Source: Catajapyx aquilonaris
Lineage: Eukaryota
Length of the DNA: 64,000 bases
Reading direction: 5' to 3'
Assembly (NCBI GenBank): GCA_000934665.2
Contig: KZ537986.1
Coordinates: 1 to 64,000 of the forward strand
Part shown: positions 25,801 through 40,620 of the stretch, one piece after another
Position numbering within the stretch: position 1 is the first letter of the stretch
How the letters are laid out: each line of letters opens with the position of its first letter
The notes under the pieces: model-generated
What the model saw: only the letters and a program-made list of their open reading frames with translations
What the model was told of the DNA's origin: nothing
Database searches by the model: none
Made by a program: the position numbers and the translations under genes

Positions 25801-28800
25801 GCCTGGCCACTATCCAAGGCCCTCCAAATTTCACGACTTTTCCAGATTTTCCAGAAGCTGAAAATGGCGATATCTCGAAGCCAAACGACAAAAGTTTGCA
25901 AAGAGGGAAAACAAAATCAGACAAGGGTCATAGGGGACCACTCCTGATATTCACATCTTATAGTAGAGTACAAAAAGAACAGATTAACTGCCGCGATTAC
26001 GTGTGTTCCTAGGGTACAGTACAGTACGTACATGTAAAAAAATAACTATACGGTGAGTCGTTCATCATTACAATGTACAAACTCAACACCGAGTGAAATA
26101 TCACTTCTAGCAAATTTACGGAGGCAAAAACTATCTCATGTGCGTCAGTAAATAATGCAAAGTTGGCCTCTGCATATCCGAACCGAATGAGGCCTTCTCT
26201 ACCAGCAGAGTCAACAGTTCGGTGACTTACTCCGCACTGTCCGCAGAACATGTCATAATAACAGGCTAAGAGCCTAAATAAGAGACACATCATTCCATCA
26301 ACATTCTCTTGGGCTTCTTTTAGAATTAATTCTCTCCGCAGTTGGACCAAACCAGTCTCCGAACGACCTGTCTGACCAGACTGCTTCTGTGGAGCATTAC
26401 TTAAGTGAAGCGTGATGGAGAAGAGCGACGCAAGAGAAGCAAGAGAAGAAAAGGTGCGGCGTTTGGTCTAAGATGGAACAGCTCCTATCTCGGAAGCGGC
26501 AACTTCCGCCTCCGCCACTCGTCTGGGGCCACTCCACCACGCTCCACCGGCAAAGCAGGCGCCTTTAGCTTCCAAGCAAATCAAGCGGCAGGCAGCAGGC
26601 AGCAGCAGAAGAGAGGTGGGGGAAGGAGGAAGAGGGGAGGGGAAGGAGATAGAAAGAGGAGAGAGAAGAGACGCCCGCCCAAGAATGATCCAAGCTCACC
26701 AGCACTTCTCAATCAACCGCCTCCCTCCCTCCCCGGATAAAACTGGCTTGTGCAAAATTCCAAATCGAAGCCAAGATCCCGTGAAGAACACGGCTCTGGA
26801 GTGTTTCAGCCTCATCATTTCTGGATGAAGTCCTTTTGCACAATGGAGATGGGTAGTCGTGAACAAAACTCGCGCCGGAACGAATATGCAACAGCCAGCT
26901 TACAGTGCTTTCGCTCCCATCACATTCTTGTCCTTTATGTCCTCGGCTTCTTAAGCAGGTTGCGTTACCAAACCCTCCTATATTTCTTCATTGCATGGTA
27001 TTGTAACACGACTAAGTGATAATCTTAGGCTTCTTGCGTGGTGAGTAGGTAGCTAAAAGCATTACAATTTCTGTATGTAAATGGACGCAGCCACATACCT
27101 ACAAGCCGCTCATGCGATGCCATCAAATGCCTGGGAACTCTATCAATCATAGATTTTGTCATGCTCTGTACAGCCAAGGCCTTAACTCGAAAGTTAGCAA
27201 TTTTGCGACGTATTTACAATGTTGGAGGAAACAGAACTCCCAGAAAACCTACACCAGTAGCGAGAAAGCCCTTCAAAATTATTTCGTACATCCGAGAAGA
27301 AATCGCGTAGGAAAGCCCGCCTGCACAATACCAAGCTCCAAAATTGCACCCGATTGTCGACAATGCTTCACCATTGCAAGCGTATGAAATATATGTCAAG
27401 TGTCAGCCATTTAGAGTGCAGCATGTCTTTCCTTTTATAGTCCCGTCCCAGAGCACCCGCCCCCTCTCCCCCCTGGAAGGGGAAGGAAAAAAACTTACAA
27501 GAAACAGCAACAAAGACCAAATGTTCCGGCGACTTGCGCATCGAATTGGACACGGTCGGCCTTTTGAACGAGACGTAGGAAAGCATCCTGTCACATTAAC
27601 TTCGATTTGTCTTCGGCCTTTGGACTCTCTCCCTCTTCCGTCACGCAGAATCCACAGAAGCAACCCTCGTCCTCCTCGTCCTCCCCCCTGCCCCGCCCAT
27701 CCCCTTCGGGCTGCACGGGCGAGTTTGTTTCGATGCAGATTCCTCTTTTCCCGTTTTATTCCTGCCTGCCCCTGTTCCGGCCCCCCTACAATATCAAACC
27801 CGGCGAAAAACTCAGTGGGGAGCGGGCATGGAAGTAAGTAGTTGTCGAGCGGAGGCGTGAAAAACGAGCGGCTCCCACGAGAAACGTGGCTGCATGGAAA
27901 ACGACGCAGGGAAAAACGAAGGTGGTGTAGGAAAGGAAGGGGGGGAGGGGCAAAAAGGAGCGAAAACTCAATATGCAAGGCTTTTGCTGTTTCCAAGTGG
28001 TTCCAATTCAGCGGTAGGGGCCGTTGAAAAGTTCGACACCCCCGCATCGCCACGCCTCCCAACCCCTTATTCCCTTCTCGGGGATTTACCGAGCCCGCTC
28101 GGGTTCGCAGCATGTACCCTCCCGTGCAATCAGCTTAACCCCCTTTTTGCCAGCTCATCTCGGGACGCGGGAAAAAGCTCGCAGGTTTTTTCTCTCTATC
28201 CCCCCAAAATAAATCACAGCCACCTCACAGCCGTTGGGGGAAGCCAACTTTTGCTGAACATCAGGTCCTGTGCCTTCATACCCTCGTTTTCGGTCACCCT
28301 AGCTGCTCCTGCCCTGCAGCTAACTAGCTCTCTTCCACCCCGTGTAGGAGATGGGGGAGGGAAGGATGAGAAAAACCATAAACACTTGCCATCACCCCAG
28401 AAAATCAATAGGGCCATCGGAAACTGATGCAGTCGGCTACATGAGTGGAGGGAGAAGCAGCCCCCACCAACACTTCACCAAGGTTGCCAACAATTCCCCT
28501 ACCAACAAAAGACAACCGTAGCCTCGGGGCACTTGCGAAACCGTATCAAAACAACGGAGGTACCGGCGAGCCAACGCAATTTTACGAGGTGCCTGAGTTC
28601 AGAGTTTTGGTTCGTATAATATGCTGGCGGTTTCCATATCTCCCTCATCACACGGGAGGGCGTTACGATAATGCAGTCTGTGACAAATCCATACAAACGA
28701 GGTGATTTGTGCGTGTAGAATGCGATAAAACCATCAGCACATTAATGTCCCTTTATTAATGTCCCTGCGTCGCATCAGTCCATAAAATGTGGAATTGCAA

Positions 28801-31800
28801 GCTCAGTGCCTGGACTTTTTGATTTCCGTACATAAAAAAATTACTGTATATATGTAACGTGGCAACCCAATCAGCACCAACATGGCAACGTTGTCACACC
28901 TGGGGCACTCTTCCTTGAGCAGGGGAACAGGTGGAGCAAATGATGAGAAATGTACCTACTCGGTTCGTTCAGCTTCTAATAATCCCAACCTGACCTTTTA
29001 GCAATTTTAATAATCCTTTTTTTTTTTAAACAACTGAATCGGAGATTTGGTGTAAATCTAACACTAGTGACTACTTCCCATCGTAACAGCACAACTTCAT
29101 CCTCCTAACATCTCGATTTCAAAGTTCGATGGTTTATAGACAATTCCCGGAAACCTTTCAAGAAAAGCTCCGACTTGTGCTTTCTAACTACCAACACAAC
29201 TTCTCAGAGGATTCACCTAGAGAAGGCCCATTTTGCAACCTGACTCTTCAAAATATCGCCATGTAATCTAAATGAGCCACTCCTAAAACTTGCTAAAATA
29301 GGCCGATTTGTCACGTGACAAAAGGGATGCAGTTTTCAACACCAGAGAGACTCCCAGCCAGGAGGCTCGGGTGGGCTCTAAGCATCAGCATGGCGCATGT
29401 CCCAGGAGCACCGTACACCCCCCTCCTCATTAGATACACCTTCTCCTTCTCGAGGCATCAAAGTGACACTGCCCGTCTGCAGGATGCCAAACCGGGGAAG
29501 AGCTGATACGAAACTCATCAATGCTCATCCGGCAGCAAACGCTTGTTCCATCTTTCCACTGCGGGAGACATGAGCAAACAAAGGGAAAAATCCCTCCGTC
29601 GAGAGAAGGCTGCTGGGGGAAAGGAGAAGGGCTGAGGGGGTAAAGGGAGAGAGGTGGTGGAGGGGTAGGGAGGAAGAAAAAAAAAGAAGTCGGCGCCGAG
29701 GACGGGATTAACACTTCCCCCAGCACGAAATTGCTTTGCCTGGAGAAACGTGGTCCCTTTAGCTGCACTCTGACGAGATGAAGGAAGGCCATTATGCCCC
29801 CGTTCACACGGACTAAGAACTCCCGCTGCTAACCCGAATTTGGCTTTATATGAAGGCAATCACCTAAGTTTGCCCGGGCGGCAAGGTGAGGAGGGGGGGG
29901 GGGAGGAAGGGGAGGAGAGAAAGAAGTCTAACCGATGCTCCGTTGGAAGGTAACTTTTCCAAGATGAAATATTTCCATCGCTTTTTCCTCCCCCCTTCTT
30001 TCAATGCTCGAAACTCGCACGGCACGTCATACCTTCCCAAATCTCTTTCCCACCTCAATTTCGTCAAATTGGACAGACAGACGGGAACATCTATACAGTG
30101 TAAGAACACGTGTAAATTACTCGACGGATACAGTTATATGATATACCGGCAAGTATATCCAGTTCTGATTGACACAAGTTCCTAAACACGGGCACTCTTT
30201 TATGTAGACTAGCCAAAGAAAGCCTGATTCCGGCCTTCAAGAACGCCCGTCAACTGGGCTTCCCGGCGAACAAGAGAGGCCCATGGGTTAGCGCCCTTCC
30301 AGGATGAACGAATCTCATTGTGAGCTGTCGACTCGAGAGAAAATAATGACAACCAGTTCGCCACTACTTTAGGAATTATTCGTCGCTTTTGCTCCGACTA
30401 CCAATTTGTGCTTCCTAGTGGTCGTTATTATGCCGTCAACTGAATTTAAGATCGTAAAATTAGCAGATCGCTGGTCTTGCGTTTAATTTTAGGTGCAATG
30501 TTAACCCTCAACTGAATTTTTAACGGTGCAATGTCCCGAGGATCATTATTTTTCAGCGGATAACTGGACACGTGTTGGTCACGAAAGCCAAGCCAAATCA
30601 GACAACAACCGTGGCTGCAGGCACAAAATTATTAGAGAACTGGATTGGCCGGTTTACAAAAGCAGAAAAAAATGTGCGGAGGCGGAGAGTACAGTTTTAA
30701 ACCGCAGTGACTCCAGGAGATAGCTAAAACAGTCTAAAATTTGTACTCCTGTTGATCCTCAATATCGTTCACCTGTGCATGTAAAAATGGCCGAGAGAAA
30801 TACATTTTTCGCCTATAGACTTGCAGCTTCATACCTTTGATGTCTACAGAAACAACGAAAAACGCTCCTTTCCTTCGGTGTAATGCATGAGAAGGTTACC
30901 CCCGTAACTTACCCTTTCCCCTCCCTCCTGCCTTTTCCCCTGCTCCCAAACAAGCCTTTTCCTCCGAACGAAGTAAGGCCCTCCTGAATGGCCCTTACAA
31001 ATCAAATATGCGACGGGTTCCTATTCTTCTAAGGCAATGAGCGCCATAGAAAATCGGGCATTTGCTATTTCTTCGTCCGAGAAAACCATCGCAGGGGGAT
31101 GTTATGGCACTTTTCTTTGCCCCGAAATGAGCTGTTTTGAGTTGGCGCCCGGCCAACGTCTACTTCTGCACGGAACCGCCTCCATTGGGCTTCACCGACT
31201 TTCTCCTGCGACTTAACTCTCATCAAATTAGGCTGCGCAGGGGTGTGCTTCCAGGTTCACGATAATTCGGATGCCTTAACTACAGCCGGTGCTCTTCACC
31301 AGGATATTCCGTGTCGGCTCAGGAAAACACACTACGTCCACCCCTCTGTGGGCTTTAGCCAAGCCGTATAAAAAAAACAAGCGAATAAAAAAAACCGCGC
31401 AGGTGACGTGACACACATGAACCCAGCAATTTAATTCAATTAATGTATCTGTACACAAAATCAGGCCGTAATTAAATTCGCCGCACTGGCGTCAAACATT
31501 CTCGTAATTTATCGCTGACTTTGACATTGATGTGTTCATAATAACTGCCGAAATACAGAGCGAGGCAGTAATAACGCGATTATTCTTTCAAAATATTGCC
31601 ACAGCATAGCCCCATAACTGTTCACAGTAACCTATCGTCCTTTGCACATTTTGCACGCTGGTGTGTATAGTGTGTAAACTTGCACAACTGCACAATCGCG
31701 ATGCAGCCCCATAGAGTATGTTGCTCTCTCTTTTTTTAACCAAAAAAATTGCTCGTTTGCGAGAACTGCACTCGAAATTCAGGCATGGGAAGTATTGTTA

Positions 31801-34374
31801 AGTGCTAACATAATTTAAATCCTCTGCTGGTTGAGCTATTCAAATGTCAGTACAACTGGCTGCATGGGTTTTTTTTGTTGTTGTTTTTCTTCACAAAAAT
31901 AACAACCGATTGGTGTCCAGAAAGGCGTTTCATAAAAATACGCCTGGAATGTCGGACGCACGCTAATGAAATTCACGTGATTAAGTTGGCATTTTAAAAT
32001 GACAGCATTACTGGATCAAACTAGCAAAAAAGACCAAACCTCTTCTCACATCACATAATTTCCCAATTAAACCAGAAACAGACAATATCAACACTGATTA
32101 CCTCCCTGTAAGTTTCAATGAAATGTTATTGTCTGTTATGAGATATTATCTCAGATCTCTTGTTATTGTTGGCAACACGGGAATGGCGTGACTGATTGTG
32201 AGGTAGCTGGAAGGCGAAAGTACATCGGTTGTGGGTGCATGCACGAATAAAACAAGGCCTTCTCAAAAAATATTCCAGTGAATTCCCAACGCAAGGTTAA
32301 TGATGTACTCTTAACATATACTTTACCTCGAATATATAGCATGTACCTCCACCGTCTCCCACCCAACTCCCCCGTCACAATCACTTGAAAGCAACAGTCC
32401 TCGGAAATAAATCGGTCCACCGTCAAAATCTCTATTCCAGCATGGGCGACAGTGCCGGTCGAGTTCACCGGGTTCCGAACTCGGTTCCGGACGGCTCCAT
32501 TCTCCCAACTATCAATCGTAAATGACGCGAGTAATCTCAGGTACGCCGATAGCTCTGATTTGACAGCAGGCAGGCTCCCCTTCGGATGAAGCAGAAGCAA
32601 TGGAGGCAGCAGCAGCATCAAGCAGGTCCGCCATGTTCCTGGCCGCGGCTTTGACGGGCGCGGGGCCAGGAGTTTACGTCGAATTTAAGACCGCAATAAC
32701 ATGATAGCGTCTCGTAATAACCGGAGGCAGTGAGCCGTAGCTGGAAGTTTACGTTAACTCTGGGAGTCGTTGGGGAGCGAATAGCAGCGGAAAGAAAATT
32801 GAGTGAAATGACAAGGGCCACTACCGAGGGCGATTACACCCCGTACGAAGGGAAAGAACGGAAAAGATTGACAACGCTCTCATCCTGAAGATGGGACCGA
32901 ACCATATTCCCTCTGAAACGAATTAAATTAACGAGTATACCAACCCTCCTCCTCCTCCTCCTCCCAGGCCCCACCCACTTTCTCCTAGCCAACCTACACA
33001 AACTCCTCAGTCTCGTTCGCTCCTCGATGTTAATGGCGGCGGGTAATTTATTGTTGCTTTTAATTGCTCCCTGGCAGCAGATGTGCCTTGAGGGAATTGC
33101 GGCCCGAGCAGAAAAAGAAGGTTCGAGTACCAGCAGTGGCCTCTGAAGAGGAAAAAAAAGGGGGGGCAAAGAATCGCCATGGAAGTCGAGAAAAGGAAGC
33201 CAATTTCGGAAATGCAACCTTCCCTACTAAATACCCGTATCTCTGCAGTAATGTCTTTCGACCTAGTCTTCCGGTATTTACAATAGTCGACATTAAAGGT
33301 TAGGCATTTACAGAGCTCTCTACGGAACCACATCATGGAAATTAATATGAATTATGGCTAAATAAGTGATGCACTTAATTTCAGTTCATCAAACCTGGCG
33401 CCTCTTACCACCAGTCAATGGTATTTCATAGCCAGTGAACCTTCCGAGGAATTCAAAGCCCAGTGCAATCAGTGGCCAGATGCCATGTTTGTCCAAGTTG
33501 TATTTGCAAATATAGGGGAAAGAAAGTAGAAAACAAAAACAAATAAAAAATGCGAGGCATCCGAAGCGAAACGGGCCCCATCCCCCATCATACCTCGGGG
33601 ACTTCAATATGATTATGCGATGCCCAAAGGGTCTTCCAGGTCGAGTAAGGGGAAGGCCGCCCAACCCCCCAGAAAATAGGCAACGGCAGCGGAAACCCAC
33701 TTACCGGGAGCCCCTGCTCTCACAAAGCCAACTTGGCGCCATCCCGCTCCAACTTTGCAATTTCCTTCGATTTGCTGCATTTGAATGTCCCCCAACTATT
33801 TTAGGCGCACAATAACGGAACTATGGGTCGTTTCTTTCTTATCTCGGCAACGGACAAGAAGTTTGGTTTTATCGTGATTGTTGCCGACAGGAAAAGAGAG
33901 GCTGCGAGGCAGGCTTTATCTCAGCGACTCCTTTTGCCGACAGGGCCTTGAGTACAGAGTAGCAGGGCAGCCATCATTTTTTCCAACATTAATCCTAATG
34001 ACTCTTTCCTCCAAAAAATGGCACACGCAACTGAGGTAGTTAAAAAAAATGAAGTCAACTACGCAAAACCCTGGGTTATTCAGTTTTACATAAGAACACC
34101 GAGTTAAGGCTCATCTTCCCCCCGCGGATTACGCACCTGTTCAAATCAGCAAGGATTACCTTCATTAAAGTCCGGCGGCGGGGACTTTTGTGCCAACCAA
34201 AATTACTGGCCATTCAGGATTGACATTATTCCTGGAAAAACGGCTCTCCATTCTGGATGAGAACCCCCCCCCCCCTCTCCTCTCGCAAAGCCTGTCTGTT
34301 AGCGGCTCAACGCGTGTACTTTCCATCGGCCCCCAAAAAGAACCGGCCCTATAGACGACTCGTGATGCACTTAC

Positions 34375-34421
34375 CTCTCTCTCTCTCTCTCTCTCCCCCT
34401 CCCTCTCTCTCTCTCTCTCTC
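34375..34421. repeat. Interrupted (CT)n/(GA)n microsatellite
   Basis: Two CT runs separated by CCCCCTCC, forming a homopyrimidine quasi-mirror repeat. Confidence 0.95.
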
Positions 34422-35423
34422 CCAACCCCCGCCCCCCCTCTCTCTCTTGGAATCAGTTTTGAAATACCCCCGAAATTCAATGGAACCGTCATGAACATTC
34501 CGGCGGCATCCGGGATTAAAATCGTGCGGACTCGTGAATAACCACGCGCGGTCTAACGTTGAAACAGACGGGGATCTAAAAAGGAGCGTTTGGGCTGCAA
34601 AAGCATTCGCCAACTATTTCCATCCCTTGCAGGCACAACCCCGCATCCCCTACCTCCCCAGCCCACCCTTCCAAAATGATTAACCTTTCATAATATCTCA
34701 GCGCCAGCATCGCGTGAGGGGCACGCGCAAGTAAAAATCACCGGCCATCCAGCATCTCAACGCCGAAGGAAAATGGCCGTCTTTCCTTCTCCTTTTTTCC
34801 CCCCCTTCCATTATACCCTTCGGAAGACGCTGCTTCATTAAAATCGCCCGCCTCATTAAACCTCTGGAAAGCATTAAAACCGAATGCCTTGCTTCACCCA
34901 TTGTTTTTAGAGGAAAGGGAAGCTTACAGCACGTGCACACGAGCCAATACTGACGAAACGTCCGTGTAGCCGCTTTTTTTTCTGATGGGGGGTAAGGGGG
35001 TTGAGGGAACTGGTGGGGTCGGGGTTGGTGCAAGGTAGTCGAACTCTCCCAGTCCATCATTCCGGGCGAGGCTGGCACCAGAAACAATGGGTGCCGATTC
35101 CTCCTCGCCAGTCCCTCTCGAAACAGAAAAAGAGAGAGAGTTGGGAGAGGGGGGGCAAAACAAGAGAGCCTGATTAGTTAGTGCAAATGCCCTGTCAGGA
35201 AGACTGCATGGCAAGGATGCAGGAAACGGATTGCGCCTTTCCTGCGGAGTTTTATGGGAGCCGTATCGGGTCTAATGCCCCGTGGAAAAGGGGAAGGGAG
35301 GGGCTCCCGGGAGCAGCCGGGCACCAGATTACCCAGGATCCTCCACGGTGCACGAATTTCATCACAGTCGAGAGAGCTTCGAACAGAAATCTGAGGCAAG
35401 GGGGGGGCAGGGGCAGGTTGAGC

Positions 35424-35445
35424 GGGGTTGGGGTGGGGTGGGGGG
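35424..35445 (+). other. Canonical G-quadruplex motif
   Basis: GGGGTTGGGGTGGGGTGGGGGG: four tracts of at least four G with 1-2 nt loops. Confidence 0.8.
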
Positions 35446-38400
35446 AAGTAGACTACGATTTTAAAATTAGCTCGGCTCCGCCGACGGAATGGATTGCACC
35501 GAGGAAAATGAGCTTTCCGTGTAGGAAGAGCTTGTCGCACATAGAATATCATATTTGGAGGGATCAGTGTGTCTACCCTGACAGGGCCGTTTTACTTTTC
35601 TTGTCATGTAGGATTTGAGATAAGGCCTTAGGATTCCAAGAGAGCGCAGCCAAATCATATTTTCGGAACTACCCAATCAGCACGGTTCGGTAATTTGTAG
35701 ATTCGGATGGGGAAAGGAGGAGGGAGGTTGACACAAAGTCGAAACGTCCAATTTGTTGTTGTCTCGCATTTTCACTTCTCAAATAATTTCACGACTGATC
35801 AGCTTAGGTAAGAAAACAGGCTTCGTATAGTAATTCCTCCACTGCATACAGCCTGTAGGGTTGCTGGGCCGTCCCAGTCAAGAGACACGCCTCAGCTAGA
35901 AGGGTTACACCGAGGGGTACTCTTCCCCAGCTCTTGGGAACGCATCATGCCATCAAATTTGCGTTACACAAGTTCTAAACATATTTTTTCCCCTCCTTTC
36001 TCCGTCCCTGCCCGTGTTATAAATACATCCCAACTACCTCCAGTGCGGCACACTGACCATGTTGTAAAGCTCCCCACTGTGGCGTGGAAAAGCAGAACTA
36101 TAGCACTCCCCCGCCCCCTGTAAAAAGGGAAGCTAATTAACTCAACCTCTGGTATCTCATTAACTCATTTTCCTACCTGCACGCCATCAGAAACTGTTCT
36201 TGGAAAAGCAGCGCACGCCAGAGGCCTCAATTCTACATGCAGAATTATTCGCACATTAAGGTCCTAACCCTGCAGTATGCGCCTTTTCCCATCTCCCATT
36301 CTCATCTCTATCGCCCGCGGCGATACATGCTCGCTGAAATCTCCCCGCAGTTACCATGGAATATTTGAATACCGCGGGTGCAGCCGAAATACCCCCGGAA
36401 AACTGAAGAACTGCTCGACCCCCACAACGCACTCCACCCTCTCATGCCACTCCCTCCCTCCCTGCTTGCACCACTCTCTCTCTACCCTAGAGCTACGTGG
36501 TTTTGCAAGCCCAGAGAAAGTGCAGGTCTTGTTCTCTCCACTCCCATCCCGCACCTCCTTTTTCCCCACCCACTACGATATCTGAAAAGCAGGCACAGTT
36601 TCAAAACTTGCCCGAAAGAGAAATGACGCGGTAAGCAAACGGGATTGCTCGTTGCTCAAGTTTGCCAGGGATCGACGTACAAAGTGGGGGTATATGCTCT
36701 GGCGGCAACAGGAAGCCGGATGGAGATGTTTTGTGCAATAACACGGTTGGTATACTTCATTTCCAAGTGCCTCTAGTAATCGCTCAAGTGGGAGGAGGGG
36801 GAAGGTGGATAGGAGGAAAAGCAGATTCATAATCCCCTTCCTTGCCACGTCCCCCATTGTTGCAAGTACTTCCCCGAATAAGGGGAATAAGGAGACTAAA
36901 AAAGAACGCGCCCTCCAACTTATGCAAAGGGCCCACTTTGCCTATAGGTGCGCGCACACTAGCACCGGAGTTAACTTCCAGGCCAAAGCAAAATTTCCAT
37001 TCATCAACTTGTACATACCAGCAAGGTAAATTTAAAGTATCTCCGCTTTCTTTTCATTCAATTCCTAAGTTGTTCAGCTTCGGATCAAGTGCTGTACAGG
37101 TTCAACCAAGAAGGAAGAGTCACCGGTTTCAACACTTTCCTTCTTTTGCTGTTAGAGTTAGACAATAAACTGAAAATATTCCATTAATGGCTCTTGTGAG
37201 GTGAGAAAATCCTCCTTTCCGCGATGGTGAGCGACACAGGGAAGTACGCGACGGGACCCTAAACCTCCACCCAAGTTGCATGATTGAGTCTAATCTAGGC
37301 TCCTGTGCGACCTATAGCCCGGTCGAATCACTTTGACCGCAAAGCCACTCCCAACATATGTCCTCCACGTACGTGTTGCACCCCCATTTTCTTCCCCTTG
37401 CACACAAACCCCTCCATATTTGCAAAGGCTTTGCACCGGTCCCCTTGTGAAAACTCCCTTCCCTCCCTCCCTCCCGTCCCCTCACACACTCTCTCTCCTC
37501 CCGCGTTAATTTCGGATCGGGCGGCCTTAGCCAACTTCGGGAACCAGCCCATCTGATGCCGACAGCCCCTCCAACAAGCATAATTCGAGCACACTCGGGC
37601 GTCCTGTTAGCCTGTTACCTCCACAAACCCACGTCAATGGGAGCCAGGCCCATGTCCCTACAGAAAAGCAGGCCTTGCGGAAATTTGCAACCAGAGTAAT
37701 CTTGCACTCCCGGGGTTCCGTTGAGGGAGGGAGAGGTAGGGGGGAAGAGAAACGGCAGGATACAAATAAATTCCGCAGACTCGGAATTCAATTAGTTTAC
37801 TTTGCTTACTTTCAAGGGAGAGAGAGCCGGATTCTCCTGCCTCCAACCTCCACCCGCCCAACCTGCCCTCCCCCCTGCAGGTAAGAAATGCATGGCTTCA
37901 CCTGAGCGTCATATAGCATTTTCGGATCAACTCTTGTTCTAGCCCAAGGCTTTGGTGCGCCAAAAATTAGTCTTTGAGCACCTGAAATTTTTTTGACGGA
38001 CCAATTGGCAGCCGGGGGGAGAAAACGCATGGGGTAGGCCTAGGCGAACTTTGTTTGAACTAACGGGCCTGCCTGCATTTATTCCCAGGTGACTTTGCCA
38101 TAAATTTAACAGGCCATGTAGTGTAAAGTGCACACTGGGGCAAAGATAAACAAAAGAATTTTCAGAATTTGGCCCCAACTCACCCACCGCATACTCCCAG
38201 CATAGCAAACGCTCACGTTCGGAATAGTCCCGCGGCTAATAACTAACGAGCAGGTAGGCCTAACTAGTGCAAGTAGTTGAAAATGTCATAATTTTGTTAA
38301 AATTTTGTTAGCGAGCATTTCCTGGAAATTAAGTCAGCAGTAGTTCACCAAACTCTCTGTTGCATACGCTGCACATTAAAATTAAGAGCAACTTTGTTTC

Positions 38401-40547
38401 GAAAAAATTCTGCTCAATTCGAGTATTTTTCACTCTTGAAATAATTGCACCAACTTCTTTTGAATGAAACATTTTCCTCGGTGACATCAAAGGTCATTTT
38501 CTGAAGTACCACTTTTGCTCAAACCAAATTGAAAATTTGATCTAAAAATGCGGGTAATGAGTCAGCTCAAGGACAACGTTCTCTCGCGAGTATTGGGTGG
38601 TATACGTATTTCAAGTCTATAAAACGTGCAAAACCACTCAAAATAATTTAACACAATTAACGATTAAATGCGAAATCCTGTACAGTCGCGAGCAAAAGGT
38701 GGGGTCAGAATCTCCAACATATTCACTCTAAAATCGGTGACAGAGAATATACAGCAGGGGACATCACAATTTTGAGATACTCCGCCAAGCACTTGTACTC
38801 CCCTAGTACAATTCATTGGAGCAGGGACATGTCCCGCTCTACAGAAAACTAGTAGGAACTTCTCCTCCAGGCCCCTCTCACGATTGCATAGTCTATGTAT
38901 TTCAGTGCAATATTAATAAAAGCAAATACAATCAGGATCGAAAGTTTTGTCGATGGTAATCCCTATAATAAGTTACTACATTTCAAATGGCAAAATAATC
39001 GGAAAAATCGCGTATTTAGTTACTTTTCAACATCCACCCTGGCCCATGCAGTAGAAGCAAGAAAGATCTGCAGAGTAAACAGCATCACATTTTACTCGCT
39101 TTCCATTGTCATCATTGCGAGCGCGGCTGTTTATAACATTTCGGTGCCCCCCTTCCACGAGACCCGGGCGCTGCTTCCTACAAACCCTCGTTAGAGTAGG
39201 CGCAATGGGGAATCCAAGTTCCATCGGCGACCGTAACCAATATGTCAGGGACAGGAAAAGAGCAGTTAGAAACTCCGGAGAGGATCCGGGGCGGCCGCAG
39301 CGACCGTCCAGTTTTGCCGTCGCCCTGCAGCTTGTACGCGCCAGGCTCCGGTAGCCAGGGAAATGGAATGGCATCGACAAGGGGATTTCTATAGGCAGCA
39401 CACAGACCGGAACCAGGAGGGGGGAGGGGGGGGGGACTGAAAAGGGAAAAGGGGGTGAGCGGAGGGGGGCAGCAACCGGGCCAGAGAGAACCCACACCGT
39501 GCAAGACCTTTCTCTCTCTGTACTGTTGGAGTGCGCCCCCGCCCTCTCATTGCGTCGAAATTCGTAAACATGTCCGCCTATATACGGTCCAGTTGTTGAC
39601 AAAATACAATTGGTATCGTATTGGCGGCTCATAAATTGAGCCGGATTTCCGGAATATATTGTGTCGCTGTCAGATGGAATCGATTTCCCGGGATCTATTG
39701 CGCTGTATGCATCAATGGCCCGGAACAAGTTCGGCGGTCTCCATTTTCATGACCAATATTTGTCGCCCGATAATTAATAAATTATTGGCTAAATATCTGG
39801 GAAACTATTAATCCGCCCCCAGCCCCGCTGCACCCTTTCTGGACACCACAACAACCGAAGCGGTTTGATGCGCATTAGCGCTAGCTTCGGCTGCCTGGGC
39901 ACGTTATCTCGCGACGATTTGGAATATAACTTAACCCATTTATTTAGCTCCCCTTTCTGCAACACCTCCAATATAAATGGGTTGCGTATCAGCGCCCCAG
40001 ATAAAATGTCGCACCTTATAAACCAGCTGAACCGACTTCCATGTCATACACATGAGCAGGGTTCGACGTGTGGTTCTAACCTTAATAGCGCTGCCCACCA
40101 TTAGCAATAAAATCTACTATAGCTCCATGAAAGTTTATTGTTTGCTTTTTTTCGTCACTCATGTGTAAGACAAAGACACCCAGTCACGTCATTATCGGCA
40201 AACATTAGTGAATGAACGCAGGACTTTACAACGGCAGGGTCTAGACTCTCGAGTTACTGCATGACTATACGTATAAGTCGATGCTGTTGATAAACTTACT
40301 TCATCAACTCGGGAACATTAAAGATAGGTCGTCTCCCATAACGATCTCGGCAATTTTGCCTACTAGGGTGGGCAGCCAATTACACAGGATTAAATGCACT
40401 CGGTAGATTGTAATACACCCATAGCTGCAGCAAAACCGTCCGTTTGGTCTACTGCCGCAACAACTCGTTTAGACTACAACTCCCTCTGGAGGCATAATAG
40501 AAAGTTATAACTAGGGCCGGCAGGGCGATAAAGCAGGCTGCAGAACG

Positions 40548-40620
40548 GCCGCTTCCGGATTCGAACCCTGCAACGTCACGACCACAACGTGAAACATTCC
40601 CGGATTAACTCCTTGGCGGC
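40548..40620 (-). pseudogene. tRNA-His(GTG)-like pseudogene or tRNA-derived SINE head
   Basis: The minus strand reads GCCGC...TCACG-TTGTGGT-CGTGA (perfect 5-bp anticodon stem, GTG anticodon), then CGTTG-CAGGG-TTCGAAT-CCGGA-AGCGGC. B-box spacing is about right and the GCCGC/GCGGC acceptor ends pair, but the D-arm/A-box and T-stem are broken. Confidence 0.5.

Noticed and set aside
29211..29240. Third minus-strand AG|GT site (CCTTCTCTAG|GTGAAT), about midway between the two strong ones; also weak sites near 5518 and 61030
   Set aside because: The pyrimidine tract is short, there is no branch motif and the donor is weak. The even spacing is tempting but is not evidence.
37860..37886. Plus-strand CCCCCTGCAG|GTAAGA (also CTTCAG|GTGAGT near 45390)
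   Set aside because: The first tract is almost all C within a C-rich block and has no CTAAC; the second has an upstream AG close by and a short tract. Both are likely chance.
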